The position numbers and the translations under genes are program-made. Below, piece after piece: positions 49,963 through 60,138 of a DNA stretch of 64,000 bases. Origin of the DNA: Escherichia phage vB_Eco_ZCEC15; sequence record PQ871103.1. One strand, given 5' to 3'. The number at the start of each line of letters is the position of its first letter. Position 1 is the first letter of the stretch. The notes below the pieces were generated by a model. That model was given only the letters and a program-made list of their open reading frames with translations, was not told where the DNA came from and did not search any database.

Positions 49963-50454
49963 TTATACCATTTTTTTACCTTTATTATGTGATGAAGCTT
50001 TAAATTTATTTGACCTTCCTTTTACATAACCTTTTGGAATATAAGGCAAAAAGGCAGATTTTCCTGTTAATGGATCATGTGAATGTATATTTCCTTTACA
50101 ATTATGAGAACCATATAATGGATGATTTTGTCCTTTATTATCTCTTCCAAATGAACCTTTTGGAGCAGCATATGACATATTAAAGAATAATGGATTTTTA
50201 ACTGCATCATGCAATCGTTGATAATATAACTCGCATTTAATAGCTTCTTCACGCGTATCAAATTCAGCTAAAATGCATGAATCAAATAAGTGAGGATTAT
50301 CTGAAAGCTCTTTATTATAAATTTTCTTATACTTTTTAGATAAAACTGAACCATGATATCCAGCTAAATGCCTATCTAAAGACGTAGATCCAATATAAAA
50401 AGGAGGAAGTTTATCTCCACTATATATTGTTAAATAAGTTATATATTTTTTCAT
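49963..50454 (-). CDS. short GIY-YIG domain protein (Seg-like, possibly truncated)
   Basis: 163 aa; YITYLTIYSGDKLPPFYIGSTS GIY-YIG motif; NUMOD-like GQNHPLYGSH; lacks C-terminal zinc module. Confidence 0.55.
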   Translation of the reverse strand: MKKYITYLTIYSGDKLPPFYIGSTSLDRHLAGYHGSVLSKKYKKIYNKELSDNPHLFDSCILAEFDTREEAIKCELYYQRLHDAVKNPLFFNMSYAAPKGSFGRDNKGQNHPLYGSHNCKGNIHSHDPLTGKSAFLPYIPKGYVKGRSNKFKASSHNKGKKMV

Positions 50455-50589
50455 ATATCAAGAACCGTCATTGAAATGCAAAATAAAATTATTGAAATAA
50501 ATCCATCTGGAGTGCTAAAAAACCCAACCCAACATGCTCTAGTGAATAGATAAAATGCGAGAAAAAGTATCACATATCCAAGAAATATC

Positions 50590-50616
50590 ATTATATCAAA
50601 CTCCGTATAAAGCTAA
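50590..50616 (-). promoter_or_regulatory. MotA-box middle promoter candidate downstream of alpha-gt
   Basis: minus strand TTAGCTTTAT, 11 bp, TATAAT; same architecture and flanking hairpin as at 17810-17853. Confidence 0.45.
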
Positions 50617-50634
50617 AGGGCCGAAGCCCTTTAT
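50617..50634 (-). other. UUCG-tetraloop hairpin at alpha-gt 3 prime end
   Basis: AAAGGGCCGAAGCCCTTT immediately after the alpha-gt stop. Confidence 0.45.
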
Positions 50635-51833
50635 TTTGTAATAATGTCAAACTGTTCTTTAAAGCAGAAGCTTGAATCTTGATGCTGATACAAAAATTCA
50701 TAAGCTTTTTCGCGTTCACGGTCATAAAGATTTCGGTCAGATGACAGTTCTTTAATACGCTCAAATGTTGATTCCATGTCATTTTCATCAAACCAAACGA
50801 TACCGCTATCATGAGAAATTAACGGAGTATTATCAACACGGAATTTTAAATTTTCGCCAGTAGATTTCCAAAATACTGGAATTGTTCCACACGCACCAAG
50901 CTCGAGATGAGTATATTCTAAAGAACGTTGTAGATATTTTTTATCCAACTTACTCAACTGATAACCAAAACCGGATTTACTCATGCGTTCAAGCATTTCG
51001 CTATTTACATAACGATCAAGAATTTGCGTTGGCAAATTAGGAGCAATTTTAATTTGGTCTACTTGATGAAGACGATAATACTCGTATGGAATTCCTTTTT
51101 CTTTAATAGGAATGAACGCTGGAGAACGTTCCAGACCTTCCATAATAGTACTTAGTCCTGCAGGTTTAAGATGTTTTTCGTGAAAATCAAACATCTGATA
51201 AAAACCTTTCCATGTAGTCGTACGACCAATCCAACGGTTAACATTCATGTTAATTTCAGAAACATCTTTCCAGTAGGTTGACCGAACCTTCGCAATATCC
51301 ATAGGAGGCTGAAAGTTATATACTGTCGGTGCTTCTTCAATATCATCAAACAGAGAAACAGTTTCTGGATACCATTCTTTCATCAGAACTTTATTAAAAT
51401 CACCATTATCAGAATGACTAAAAATAACATCAGCTCGACGAACAGTTTCTTCTAATCCCAAATTTCGACGCAAAGAAAGAGAAGAATGGTCATGTTGATA
51501 AACTACAACACGAACAGAAGGTTTAATGTTATCAATAATTTTTTTATAGTTATTAATAGTGTCTTCTTCAACCGAAGTAGCAGGAACTGAATTGATAATT
51601 AGAATATCACAATCATTTACCAGCTTAAGTGTTTTATCATATTCTTTTGCCAATAAAACCGGAATTGAAAATGATTTATAATCATGCGCGCAATTACGAG
51701 TAAATGATTTATCTTTAGCATAAACCAAAGTTACTTCATGACCATTCTTAATAAACCAATCACGTTGCTCAAGAGAAAATTTAGTTACACCACAACCTTC
51801 AAGACCTCGAGCCATAAAAATACATACTTTCAT
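50631..51833 (-). CDS. a-gt: DNA alpha-glucosyltransferase
   Basis: 400 aa MKVCIFMARGLEGCGVTKFSLEQRDWFIKNGHEVTLVYAKDKSF..; matches remembered T4 alpha-gt. Confidence 0.9.
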   Translation of the reverse strand: MKVCIFMARGLEGCGVTKFSLEQRDWFIKNGHEVTLVYAKDKSFTRNCAHDYKSFSIPVLLAKEYDKTLKLVNDCDILIINSVPATSVEEDTINNYKKIIDNIKPSVRVVVYQHDHSSLSLRRNLGLEETVRRADVIFSHSDNGDFNKVLMKEWYPETVSLFDDIEEAPTVYNFQPPMDIAKVRSTYWKDVSEINMNVNRWIGRTTTWKGFYQMFDFHEKHLKPAGLSTIMEGLERSPAFIPIKEKGIPYEYYRLHQVDQIKIAPNLPTQILDRYVNSEMLERMSKSGFGYQLSKLDKKYLQRSLEYTHLELGACGTIPVFWKSTGENLKFRVDNTPLISHDSGIVWFDENDMESTFERIKELSSDRNLYDREREKAYEFLYQHQDSSFCFKEQFDIITK

Positions 51834-51883
51834 TTAATATCCTCTTTGTTTTGGTTTATTTTACCAAAAATTTATAAAGCAAT

Positions 51884-51903
51884 ATAGGAGCCGAAGCTCC
51901 TAT
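51884..51903 (-). other. hairpin upstream of alpha-gt
   Basis: ATAGGAGC CGAA GCTCCTAT, variant of the recurrent UUCG hairpin. Confidence 0.4.
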
Positions 51904-52076
51904 CCACATAATACGCCATACAGAGGCTCGTTAGAACTTTTAAATTTTATGCGCTTATATTTTATAGTTCCTTCTGCTTTAGCTTTATCATGAGACGCTT
52001 TAAAGAGTCTCATCATTTCCTCTTTAGAGGAACGAATTTTATTATAATCTATTTCAGAAGTCTGGGTGTTCATCTT

Positions 52077-52283
52077 TCATAACTGCCACCATTTTTTGAC
52101 TTGATAAGAATCAACCCACACTTTCATATTAGGGTCTGCTCTTACAATAGGAGGATTAACTTCTTTAATTGAACTATCATGGTATTCTTTTTCAGAAATT
52201 TTCACACAAAGATGACCATTCAAAGATTCAGTAAATCCTGCATTAATTTTAAGACGCTTGAATTTTACGTGTGTAAGCATCAA
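52077..52283 (-). CDS. hypothetical protein 68 aa
   Basis: ORF in 55-alpha-gt interval. Confidence 0.45.
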   Translation of the reverse strand: MMLTHVKFKRLKINAGFTESLNGHLCVKISEKEYHDSSIKEVNPPIVRADPNMKVWVDSYQVKKWWQL

Positions 52284-52566
52284 TCATATCCTCAATTTGC
52301 GATCTAGTAGTCTTCCAAAGAATACTGATGAGTTCATCGTTATATGGCTGTTTTAGAATATCCCGACTTTTCTTGATAGCATATTCGTATTGAGCAAAAT
52401 TATTGTTTTCAGCTGCAATCTGAGCGTGCTTATAAAGACGGTTCAGTTCGCGTTTGTTTTTAGACAATAACTTATTTGCTTTTCTTTCTGCTTCAAGACG
52501 GTTCTTTTCTTCAATAGAAGAAATAAGCTTTTCCACTTCATCATTAATTTCGGGTTTATCAGTCAT
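52249..52566 (-). CDS. hypothetical protein 105 aa
   Basis: ORF in 55-alpha-gt interval. Confidence 0.5.
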   Translation of the reverse strand: MTDKPEINDEVEKLISSIEEKNRLEAERKANKLLSKNKRELNRLYKHAQIAAENNNFAQYEYAIKKSRDILKQPYNDELISILWKTTRSQIEDMIDAYTRKIQAS

Positions 52567-52567
52567 A

Positions 52568-52786
52568 TTATTTCTCTAATATAAAATAAAAATCATCATC
52601 TGTTAAATGATACCGATAGTTTAATTCTACGCCATTAGATTTAAAAGCGGTATCATACGGATTTTCTGGATCAATATCAATGTCAAGAGCTAAAACTTCC
52701 CTGAGATACATTTTAAGTAAATAGGGAATAGCTTCAACTTCAGGTATTTCTTCCAAGAATCCGGAGAGGTTAATCGTTAGCCTCAT
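52568..52786 (-). CDS. hypothetical protein 72 aa
   Basis: ORF directly downstream of gene 55. Confidence 0.5.
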
Positions 52787-53327
52787 ATAAAAAATCCAAA
52801 CTAGGAGAATCGTCTACAACACTTTTCTTTTCAGCCCCCGGTGTTCTATAGGTTGATTCTTCGTAATGCGTCATTTTATCGTAGATGTCTTGAATAAAAG
52901 TTTCATCTACTAACGCAACCATATCGTCGTCACGACTGTCATAGACATTGTGAACGAAGTAACTGTATTTCTTTGCAACTTCCTTACGTTCTTTTTTAAT
53001 ACGTTGGACGAATGCATTAAAACAAGCTTGAGTTATATATGCATGCGGGTTTTTATATTTCGTTTCATCAAAATTATGAAGCCCCTTAATAGAAGCTTCT
53101 ATACCATCTGCAATCATTTCTTGTTTCCAGGATTGGGTGTATCCTGAAAAGTTGAAACGTTTAGATAAGCCTTCTGCAATAAGCATAATGGCTAATCCGA
53201 TAGTATCATTCTGACGAACTACTTTATTTGGGTCTTTATTATTTGCTAATTCTGTTTTCCAATCAATAATAGCTTGTAAAAGCTCTTTATTGTTTACGTA
53301 ATTATATTTAGGCTTAGTTTCTGACAT
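52770..53327 (-). CDS. 55: late sigma factor gp55
   Basis: 185 aa from ATG at 53327 with AAGAGGTGAAA SD (ORF-track GTG at 53333); matches remembered T4 gp55. Confidence 0.9.
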
Positions 53328-53405
53328 TTTCACCTCTTAGCTCAATTCATAGATCTATTATATCATAATATTTGAAGATCTATCTTAAAGCATAGAGGAT
53401 ATCAG

Positions 53406-53675
53406 TTATCTAAGTAAGCAGTATGCCTGGAACACTTTCTCCATCATCTTTTTAAATTCATGAATATCTATATAATGACTAGTTAAATCAGCATGATATA
53501 AAAAGTCTAAAAACTTTTCATGTGTGCTAGCATATTCACTTTCATTTAATTCAGAAACATGGCTTTCCCAATATCCAACACCAGTCTTATTTGGGAAAAA
53601 TGAAATTTTCATGTATTGATCAACATAGAAAATGCCATAATTTTCAATAGTAATAGAAATATTAATAAATTTCAT
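53406..53675 (-). CDS. hypothetical protein 89 aa
   Basis: ORF in 55.x cluster. Confidence 0.45.
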   Translation of the reverse strand: MKFINISITIENYGIFYVDQYMKISFFPNKTGVGYWESHVSELNESEYASTHEKFLDFLYHADLTSHYIDIHEFKKMMEKVFQAYCLLR

Positions 53676-53893
53676 GCATTCATCAACTTAGCCGCTTCAA
53701 GAGCTGCATCTAGTGAATCAAACTGGTCAACGTATTCAATCAATTCGCCATAATTAGCGTATAACCACCATTGGCTAAATTCATACTCAAGGATGAATCC
53801 ATTTCCTTCAATTTGAGTTAAACCAATGCCGTTTGTATTTACTTCATATCCGGCAAGACGCAAATCGTTAATAAGAGCTTCGTTCATATTCAT
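53672..53893 (-). CDS. hypothetical protein 73 aa
   Basis: ORF in 55.x cluster, ATGA-coupled. Confidence 0.45.
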   Translation of the reverse strand: MNMNEALINDLRLAGYEVNTNGIGLTQIEGNGFILEYEFSQWWLYANYGELIEYVDQFDSLDAALEAAKLMNA

Positions 53894-53911
53894 ACCTTAG
53901 CAATTTTCAGG

Positions 53912-54217
53912 TCAGCAAATTTTTTTCTTGCGTTGATTTTTCATACGACGAATAGTTTTATCGGAAATTTCATGCTTTTGATAAGCTTTAGATTCTACAC
54001 CAAAAGCTTTAACATCAAATTCTGACAAGATATATTGAACCAACAATTCGCGGACAGTATTGCGTCCAATCTTCTGATCGTTTTGTTTCATCGTCTGATG
54101 AAGCTCTTTTTCCCATTTATCCAAAATTTGAGGAGTTACAATATCGCCTTTTTCTAGCAAAGAAACCACTTTATCATATGCGTAAGAATTGATGGCGTTT
54201 TTAATTTGAATAGTCAT
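53912..54217 (-). CDS. hypothetical protein 101 aa
   Basis: ORF with basic C-terminus RRMKNQRKKKIC. Confidence 0.45.
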   Translation of the reverse strand: MTIQIKNAINSYAYDKVVSLLEKGDIVTPQILDKWEKELHQTMKQNDQKIGRNTVRELLVQYILSEFDVKAFGVESKAYQKHEISDKTIRRMKNQRKKKIC

Positions 54218-54269
54218 ACATTATCCTCAATTGCGTTAAAATTTTATTATCCAAAAAGGGCCGAAGCCC

Positions 54270-54470
54270 TTAGCTAAACTGTTTGGCGCCCTTCCAGCCT
54301 TCGTACATCATTGCGGCTGATATTAATATTGCTCCTGAGCAACTTGAATATTTGTGATTCCAAAACCAGTTTAGAAAAACTTCGTCATCAATACCTTGAG
54401 CTATCATATTTTCAAAGAACTGACGACGAGCTTCAGCAATTCGTTGCGATAATTTAGATTCAGGATTCAT
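54270..54470 (-). CDS. hypothetical protein 66 aa
   Basis: ORF followed by hairpin AAGGGCCGAAGCCCTT at 54255-54270. Confidence 0.45.
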   Translation of the reverse strand: MNPESKLSQRIAEARRQFFENMIAQGIDDEVFLNWFWNHKYSSCSGAILISAAMMYEGWKGAKQFS

Positions 54471-54602
54471 TTAAATTTTCCAGTTACCATTTTCATCAAT
54501 AAATTTAATCCAGTCATTTACTGACCACTTGGTCGTATCGCCTTTTGGAGCAACATTTAAAGTGTATAATCCTTGTTTAAAAAGCATGCGTTTGATATTC
54601 AT
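54471..54602 (-). CDS. hypothetical protein (43 aa after trimming)
   Basis: start set at ATG 54602 with GAGGAAAA SD. Confidence 0.35.
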   Translation of the reverse strand: MNIKRMLFKQGLYTLNVAPKGDTTKWSVNDWIKFIDENGNWKI

Positions 54603-54609
54603 ATTTTCC

Positions 54610-54903
54610 TCAGCTGTAACGATAGCACTCGTTTGATTTACGCTTAGCAACTCGTTGAGAAGTATTGTAATCAAAATCATCGTCAATGTAAACTGATTTT
54701 TTCAACTTTCTTACTTCACCACGTAATTGGCGATTTAACTCATCTTTAACTTCTGAATCAATGCCTTTCATTCTACGCCATTTATCAGAGCGAAAAATGT
54801 TTTCGACCATATCTTTATGACTTACACCATCAGGAGCTTTACGCTTTCCAAAATAGTCATAATCACGCACTTTTAAATCTTTACGACGATACGTTTTACC
54901 CAT
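54610..54903 (-). CDS. hypothetical basic protein (97 aa after trimming)
   Basis: start set at MGKTYRRKDLK with AAGGAAA SD (ORF-track GTG at 54948). Confidence 0.4.
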   Translation of the reverse strand: MGKTYRRKDLKVRDYDYFGKRKAPDGVSHKDMVENIFRSDKWRRMKGIDSEVKDELNRQLRGEVRKLKKSVYIDDDFDYNTSQRVAKRKSNECYRYS

Positions 54904-55078
54904 GGAGTTTAATTTCCTTAGCAACTGAACTAAATACAGCACGATCACAAATCATCTGTTTATGTAACTTGAGTATAAGATAATAAACTTCAAAGCCGTT
55001 TACATAAGTAACACGAACAACATTACCATTAATAAAATAATACTGTCCCTTTTTAATTTCTTTATCAACCACAACCAT
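54896..55078 (-). CDS. hypothetical protein 60 aa
   Basis: ORF downstream of early promoter 55108-55138. Confidence 0.45.
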   Translation of the reverse strand: MVVVDKEIKKGQYYFINGNVVRVTYVNGFEVYYLILKLHKQMICDRAVFSSVAKEIKLHG

Positions 55079-55107
55079 ATCAATTCCTCAAAGGCAATTC
55101 ATGTGTT

Positions 55108-55138
55108 AATAATACCACAGTTTGAACTTCTTGTAAAC
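55108..55138 (-). promoter_or_regulatory. early promoter
   Basis: minus strand GTTTAC AAGAAGTTCAAACTGTGG TATTAT with UP element. Confidence 0.6.
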
Positions 55139-55217
55139 AACTTTGTGAAAATTATTTTAGGGAATGATAAGAAGGGAACGATAGTTAGAATGGTAATATA
55201 CAGAATGTGAGAAAGAA

Positions 55218-55232
55218 AGGCCCAGAGGGCCC
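55218..55232 (-). terminator. hairpin downstream of the glutaredoxin-like gene
   Basis: GGCCC AGA GGGCC followed on the minus transcript by UUUCUUUCUC. Confidence 0.4.
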
Positions 55233-55235
55233 ATC

Positions 55236-55544
55236 TTAGTCTTCTATGATATCTCTATCATATCCAAGTGAAATGAGAGTTTCTTTGAAGTGTTTAATGT
55301 TCTTTTGTCTAGAATCATTGATGAAAATGACTGGATAACGAATGTTAAGAGATGTGAATCCAGCGCGTTTAGCAAGAGATACAATCAGTGGACGATCATA
55401 CTCAATCTTACCATTATTTGTAAGAACTTTATAGAAAGTAAAAGGAGCATTGAGCTCCTTTAGAAGTTTTGTAACTGATTGACATCCAGGACAACGACCT
55501 ACTTCATCTGGAATTCCATAGACTTCAATCTTGTTTTGTTTCAC
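55236..55544 (-). CDS. nrdH: glutaredoxin/NrdH-like redoxin
   Basis: 102 aa with CPGC redox motif near the N-terminus; GTG start after AAGGAA. Confidence 0.55.
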   Translation of the reverse strand: MKQNKIEVYGIPDEVGRCPGCQSVTKLLKELNAPFTFYKVLTNNGKIEYDRPLIVSLAKRAGFTSLNIRYPVIFINDSRQKNIKHFKETLISLGYDRDIIED

Positions 55545-55546
55545 AA

Positions 55547-55759
55547 CTATTCCTTACTAAGAGCAGCATTCAGCTTATTAGTAATTTTATCCAGACGCTC
55601 ATTGAACTCGCTAGAAGATAGTCCTTTTTCTGGAGAAATTAAGCTAATCACGAAAAATATAGCAATAAAAGGAATAAGAAAAATAGCACCAACTGCCATA
55701 AACAAAAAGAACGTTACAGTTGTAAGAAAATCAGCTAAACCTTTACGAAATTTATACAT
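55547..55759 (-). CDS. hypothetical membrane protein 70 aa
   Basis: hydrophobic FFLFMAVGAIFLIPFIAIFFVISLI segment. Confidence 0.5.
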   Translation of the reverse strand: MYKFRKGLADFLTTVTFFLFMAVGAIFLIPFIAIFFVISLISPEKGLSSSEFNERLDKITNKLNAALSKE

Positions 55760-55874
55760 ATTTTACCCTTAATTGATTAACCAAGCATTGATAAGCACTA
55801 AACTATATTGTGAATAAAATTCTGGACCAAAATGAAAAATCATATCATTTATAGTGTCCATAATATAATTCAAT

Positions 55875-56345
55875 TTAATCATGTTTCCACACCCCATCGG
55901 TATTTGACCAAAGTCGCTGATTATCTGATCCTCGCCACAGCTTTTTGGTCGGAAGATTTTTCTCATACTTCCCATCAATAATAACATCAACATATTTAAG
56001 CATTTCTAGTTGTTTAATATCCTCAAACTTATATCCTGTCCACAACCAAATGCTTTTATTTGGATAAAGATTTTTTACTGTTTGAACAATGCAATGAATA
56101 ACATCTCGGTTATCAGGATAGAGAGGGTCTCCTCCAGTTATAGTCAATCCTTCTATATAATCATTATTCAAACATTCAATTAATTGTTCCAGTGTTTCAC
56201 CAGTGAATGGAACGCCATTTCTAGCATTCCATGTTGATTTATTATAACACCCTTCGCATTTATGCAAACAACCTGTAACGAAAAGAACGACCCTGCATCC
56301 AGGGCCATTCACAAAATCACAAGGATAAAATCTATCATAATTCAT
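55875..56345 (-). CDS. nrdG: anaerobic ribonucleotide reductase activating protein NrdG (radical SAM)
   Basis: 156 aa with radical SAM cysteine cluster in GCLHKCEGCYNK; ATGA-coupled to nrdD. Confidence 0.85.
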   Translation of the reverse strand: MNYDRFYPCDFVNGPGCRVVLFVTGCLHKCEGCYNKSTWNARNGVPFTGETLEQLIECLNNDYIEGLTITGGDPLYPDNRDVIHCIVQTVKNLYPNKSIWLWTGYKFEDIKQLEMLKYVDVIIDGKYEKNLPTKKLWRGSDNQRLWSNTDGVWKHD

Positions 56346-58159
56346 TGGTGTTTAACCCTATGCATGATTTCTTTATTTTTTCCAAGATTAAATCCGCGTT
56401 CATTCGGATTTCCCAAATAGCCACAAGTTCTTCTTATTGTGTTCATCTTTTTAGGATCAGTTTCTCCACAAATAGAACAAACAAACCCGTTTTCAGTAGG
56501 AGTCATTTCATGGGTACTTCCGCATGTAAAACATTTATCTACTGGCATATTAACACCAAAATAATCTAAATGTTGTGCAGCATAATCCCATACAGCCTCA
56601 AGACCTTTTAGGTTATTTTTCATATCAGGAAGTTCAACATAAGAAATGTGACCACCTGTCGCAATGAAATGATATGGGGCTTCGCGAGAAATCTTTTCAA
56701 ACGGAGTAATATTTTCTTCTACTGAAACATGGAAACTATTAGTGTACCAGCCTTTATCAGTAACATCCTTTACACTTCCATATTTCTCAGTATCAAGTTT
56801 ACAGAAGCGATAGCACAGGTTTTCAGCAGGAGTAGAATACAAGCTAAAAGCAAAACCGGTTCTTTCAGTCCACTGCTTAAGACGAGCATTCATTTTAGTT
56901 AAAATTTCCTGTCCAATATCACGACCGACAAGAATATTCAATTCGTGAATACCAATGTATCCTAAGGACACTGAACTTCTACCGTTTTTAAATAACTCAA
57001 TTATGTCGTCATCAGGTTTAAGACGAACCCCAAATGCACCTTCTTGGTAAAGAATAGGAGCAACAGTCGCTTTAACTCCTTTTAAGGAACTAATTCTACA
57101 CATCAAAGCTTCAAAACACAAATCCATTCGTTCATTGAACAATTCAGCAAATTTCTGTTCATTGAACTGTGTTCCAATATAAGAATCTAACGCAATGCGA
57201 GGAAGATTCAGTGTTACAACGCCAAGATTATTACGTCCATCAAGAATTTCATTACCAGTCGAATCTTTCCATACGCTCAAGAAACTACGGCAACCCATTG
57301 GAGAAACAGGAATAGATGAGCCGGTGATAACTTTATTGTTCTTAGCTGAAATAATATCAGGATACATTCTTTTGCTTGCACACTCTAAAGCAAGCTGCTT
57401 AATATCATAGTTCGGATCGTCCTTATAAAGATTAACACCTTCTTCAACGAACATAACAAGTTTAGGGAAAATAGGAGTTATCCCATCACGGCCAAGGCCT
57501 TTAATACGATTTTTCAGAATTGCTTTCTGAATCATTCGTTCAGTCCAGTCAGTTCCCGTACCAAATGTAATTGTTACAAAAGGCGTTTGTCCGTTTGAAC
57601 TAAAGAGAGTATTTACTTCATATTCATAAGCTTGGAATGCATCGTATACGTCTTTTTCTGTTTTAGATTGGGCATAATTCAATGCATCGGCGATTTGCCA
57701 TTTTTCTGCATCCTCAATATGTTTTGCATAGGTGCGTTTAACATATGGAGAAAGTACTTTATCTACATTCGCAAAAGTCGTTCCGCCATATTGATGAGAA
57801 GCAACCTGTGCAGTAATTTGTGCCATAATTGCAGTAGCAACGCCGATTGATTTAGGAGTTTCAATCTGCGCATTACCGAGCTTAAATCCGTTCTCAAGCA
57901 TTCCTTTTAAATCTACTAAACAGCAATTAGTAAATGGAAGAGCAGGGGAATAATCAATATCGTGGAAATGGATAATTCCGCTTTCATGCGCTTTCATAAT
58001 AAAAGACGGGACCATATTTTTGGCAATGTGTTTAGACACAATACCAGCCATAAGGTCCCGTTGAGTTGGAAAAACACGAGAATCTTTATTAGCATTCTCG
58101 TTCAAAAGGTCTTTATTAGTTTTATGAATCAATCCTTCAATTTCTTTTTCAATCGTCAT
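56342..58159 (-). CDS. nrdD: anaerobic ribonucleoside-triphosphate reductase NrdD
   Basis: 605 aa with C-terminal glycyl-radical motif RRTCGYLG and zinc ribbon CFTCG..CSICG. Confidence 0.9.
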   Translation of the reverse strand: MTIEKEIEGLIHKTNKDLLNENANKDSRVFPTQRDLMAGIVSKHIAKNMVPSFIMKAHESGIIHFHDIDYSPALPFTNCCLVDLKGMLENGFKLGNAQIETPKSIGVATAIMAQITAQVASHQYGGTTFANVDKVLSPYVKRTYAKHIEDAEKWQIADALNYAQSKTEKDVYDAFQAYEYEVNTLFSSNGQTPFVTITFGTGTDWTERMIQKAILKNRIKGLGRDGITPIFPKLVMFVEEGVNLYKDDPNYDIKQLALECASKRMYPDIISAKNNKVITGSSIPVSPMGCRSFLSVWKDSTGNEILDGRNNLGVVTLNLPRIALDSYIGTQFNEQKFAELFNERMDLCFEALMCRISSLKGVKATVAPILYQEGAFGVRLKPDDDIIELFKNGRSSVSLGYIGIHELNILVGRDIGQEILTKMNARLKQWTERTGFAFSLYSTPAENLCYRFCKLDTEKYGSVKDVTDKGWYTNSFHVSVEENITPFEKISREAPYHFIATGGHISYVELPDMKNNLKGLEAVWDYAAQHLDYFGVNMPVDKCFTCGSTHEMTPTENGFVCSICGETDPKKMNTIRRTCGYLGNPNERGFNLGKNKEIMHRVKHQ

Positions 58160-58629
58160 TTTAAACTCTTTCTAAGCTGCTTCTTAAATGAAGCTATTAA
58201 TTGTGTTTTAGTGTCAGATTCATTATATTCAAATCCTCTTTGAAGCATCTCAGCCATCATTTCCTCTTTTCCTAAACGAGAAAATTCCTTTGATTTATCT
58301 CCAACGAAGTTAGGGTGAATATTATTTTGGGTGTAATCGGATTTTAAATAAGTAAGTAAATTTTCTAACCATTCAAGATAATCAACGCCTTGCCCCTTTA
58401 AGCCAGAACGATTAAATTTGTGTTTCATTTGACCTTCCGCTGCATTGCAGAGATTACAGAGCAATCCACGTACCTTTCCTGCTTTTGGTCCATTTAATTC
58501 ATGGTCATGGTCAAGGTGATTAGCTTGAACATCAGGATTTAGTTCTCGTTGGCAAATTAAGCATTTACCGTTTTGTGCGTTATAAAATTTCTGTTTTTCT
58601 TCTTTGTATAATTTGCCAGTCAATAACAT
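58156..58629 (-). CDS. 49: endonuclease VII gp49 (Holliday junction resolvase)
   Basis: 157 aa MLLTGKLYKEEKQKFYNAQNGKCLICQRELNPDVQANHLDHDHELNG.. matches remembered T4 endo VII. Confidence 0.9.
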   Translation of the reverse strand: MLLTGKLYKEEKQKFYNAQNGKCLICQRELNPDVQANHLDHDHELNGPKAGKVRGLLCNLCNAAEGQMKHKFNRSGLKGQGVDYLEWLENLLTYLKSDYTQNNIHPNFVGDKSKEFSRLGKEEMMAEMLQRGFEYNESDTKTQLIASFKKQLRKSLK

Positions 58630-58847
58630 AATAAAATCCTTACCTTGAATAGATAAGGATATTTATTATTTTCAAGTATTGTAAAACATTCGATGCAATC
58701 GCTTATATTGTCGAATCATCTTTTTAGTAGGACGAGAATAAGTTCCTACACAAGTGGTCATATTAGGGTCAGTAGGACTTCCTTTAATAAAAAGTTTCCA
58801 GACTTTACCACCATTTAGCTTTTCAGTATAAATCAATTCAGTTTTCA

Positions 58848-59312
58848 TTAGAATGGCCTATCAGAAAAAGAAATTTGAGTTTCAAGCCATTCAATGTATT
58901 CTGCCGCAGCTTGCATCAAATTTCCTTCATAACCATCGTTATTTTCTTGTGCAGCTAATTTAGCTAATGCGTATGAAATGCGTTCACCTTGAAAAGCGGC
59001 TTTAGGTTTATGAATAACTTGATCAACTCGTTCTACAACTTCTTCAATTTCGCCATTTTCCGCTGATTCAGTATTCCACAAGCACCAATACGTAATTGGC
59101 TTATCATAGATGTTAATAATCTTTCCATTAGAAAGTTCAATTTCAATAATTCCAGTATCAGGTTCTATATCATCTTCGCATTCTTTTGCAAGTTCACGAA
59201 CTTTAAAGACAGTACCTGCACTAAGTTCCGGCCAGTAATTACACAGCCCTTTATCAGCACGATTAATTCTAAACCACTTATCTACTGCAATCATGTCCCA
59301 TCTCCATATCAA
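58848..59312 (-). CDS. hypothetical protein 154 aa (T4 pin region)
   Basis: ORF at the position where T4 carries pin; not verified. Confidence 0.45.
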   Translation of the reverse strand: MIWRWDMIAVDKWFRINRADKGLCNYWPELSAGTVFKVRELAKECEDDIEPDTGIIEIELSNGKIINIYDKPITYWCLWNTESAENGEIEEVVERVDQVIHKPKAAFQGERISYALAKLAAQENNDGYEGNLMQAAAEYIEWLETQISFSDRPF

Positions 59313-59417
59313 TTAAGTCGTTTATCGTCGGTTCATTATATACTGTTTCTTCATCAGTGTAAACCGGTTCTTCCGGCTCTGGCTCTACTGTTTCCCATCT
59401 AGCCGCCCACCAAGGTT

Positions 59418-59738
59418 TTATAGCGTAATCCATTCTCGTACTGTCTGAGTTACTACACGTTCACGGGGCTCGACTAGTTCAACAGTCGGAACTGCATAAT
59501 ACCAGTCAGAATGATAAGAACCTGAGCGAGATTCATTTACGGAAACATGTACATTGTGTTTTGGACTAAAATAAACACACTGACGATATTGGCATTTACC
59601 ATCTTGCACCCAGTCTTCTATTTCGATAGGTTTAAGATAATCCGAAAAATCGAAATCATAATTTTCTGAAAATGCATCATGGTCTTCGATGATTTCACTC
59701 AGAACTGCATCAACATCTAATTTATTTTCAATATTCAT
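59418..59738 (-). CDS. hypothetical protein 106 aa
   Basis: ORF in 49-nrdC interval. Confidence 0.45.
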   Translation of the reverse strand: MNIENKLDVDAVLSEIIEDHDAFSENYDFDFSDYLKPIEIEDWVQDGKCQYRQCVYFSPKHNVHVSVNESRSGSYHSDWYYAVPTVELVEPRERVVTQTVREWITL

Positions 59739-59748
59739 TTTTCACCAA

Positions 59749-60138
59749 TTAATTTCGCAATTTATTAAGTTCTTCATAATCAATCCAGGATTCTAGTCCT
59801 GATGGCAAATCAGATTCAATTTCCCAAAGAAGTTCTTCAATTTTCTGAAGACGATCTAATTCTTCAGCAGGAATAGTAACCATTGACGGAGTTCTTGATA
59901 CGCTAATATCGTAAATCATATTTACCCCCAGTTTGACCATACAATCGCCATATTTCCATTTAGAAATAGACTTTTCACCATTAGAATAATAAACTTCAAG
60001 TTTAGCACGATTATTTTTAATTTGAATAACCTTTGCTGTCATCAAAGTTCCATACCCATAATAAACTGTAACCTCATCACCTACATATACCGCGCTTCCG
60101 CGGTAGTCATGGATATAATCAGTTCCTTCGAGCATCAT
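59749..60138 (-). CDS. hypothetical protein 129 aa
   Basis: ORF ATGA-coupled to nrdC. Confidence 0.5.
   Translation of the reverse strand: MMLEGTDYIHDYRGSAVYVGDEVTVYYGYGTLMTAKVIQIKNNRAKLEVYYSNGEKSISKWKYGDCMVKLGVNMIYDISVSRTPSMVTIPAEELDRLQKIEELLWEIESDLPSGLESWIDYEELNKLRN

Noticed and set aside
50591-50812. 73-codon minus-strand ORF
   Set aside because: Alternative frame overlapping the alpha-gt 3 prime end and the hairpin/promoter module
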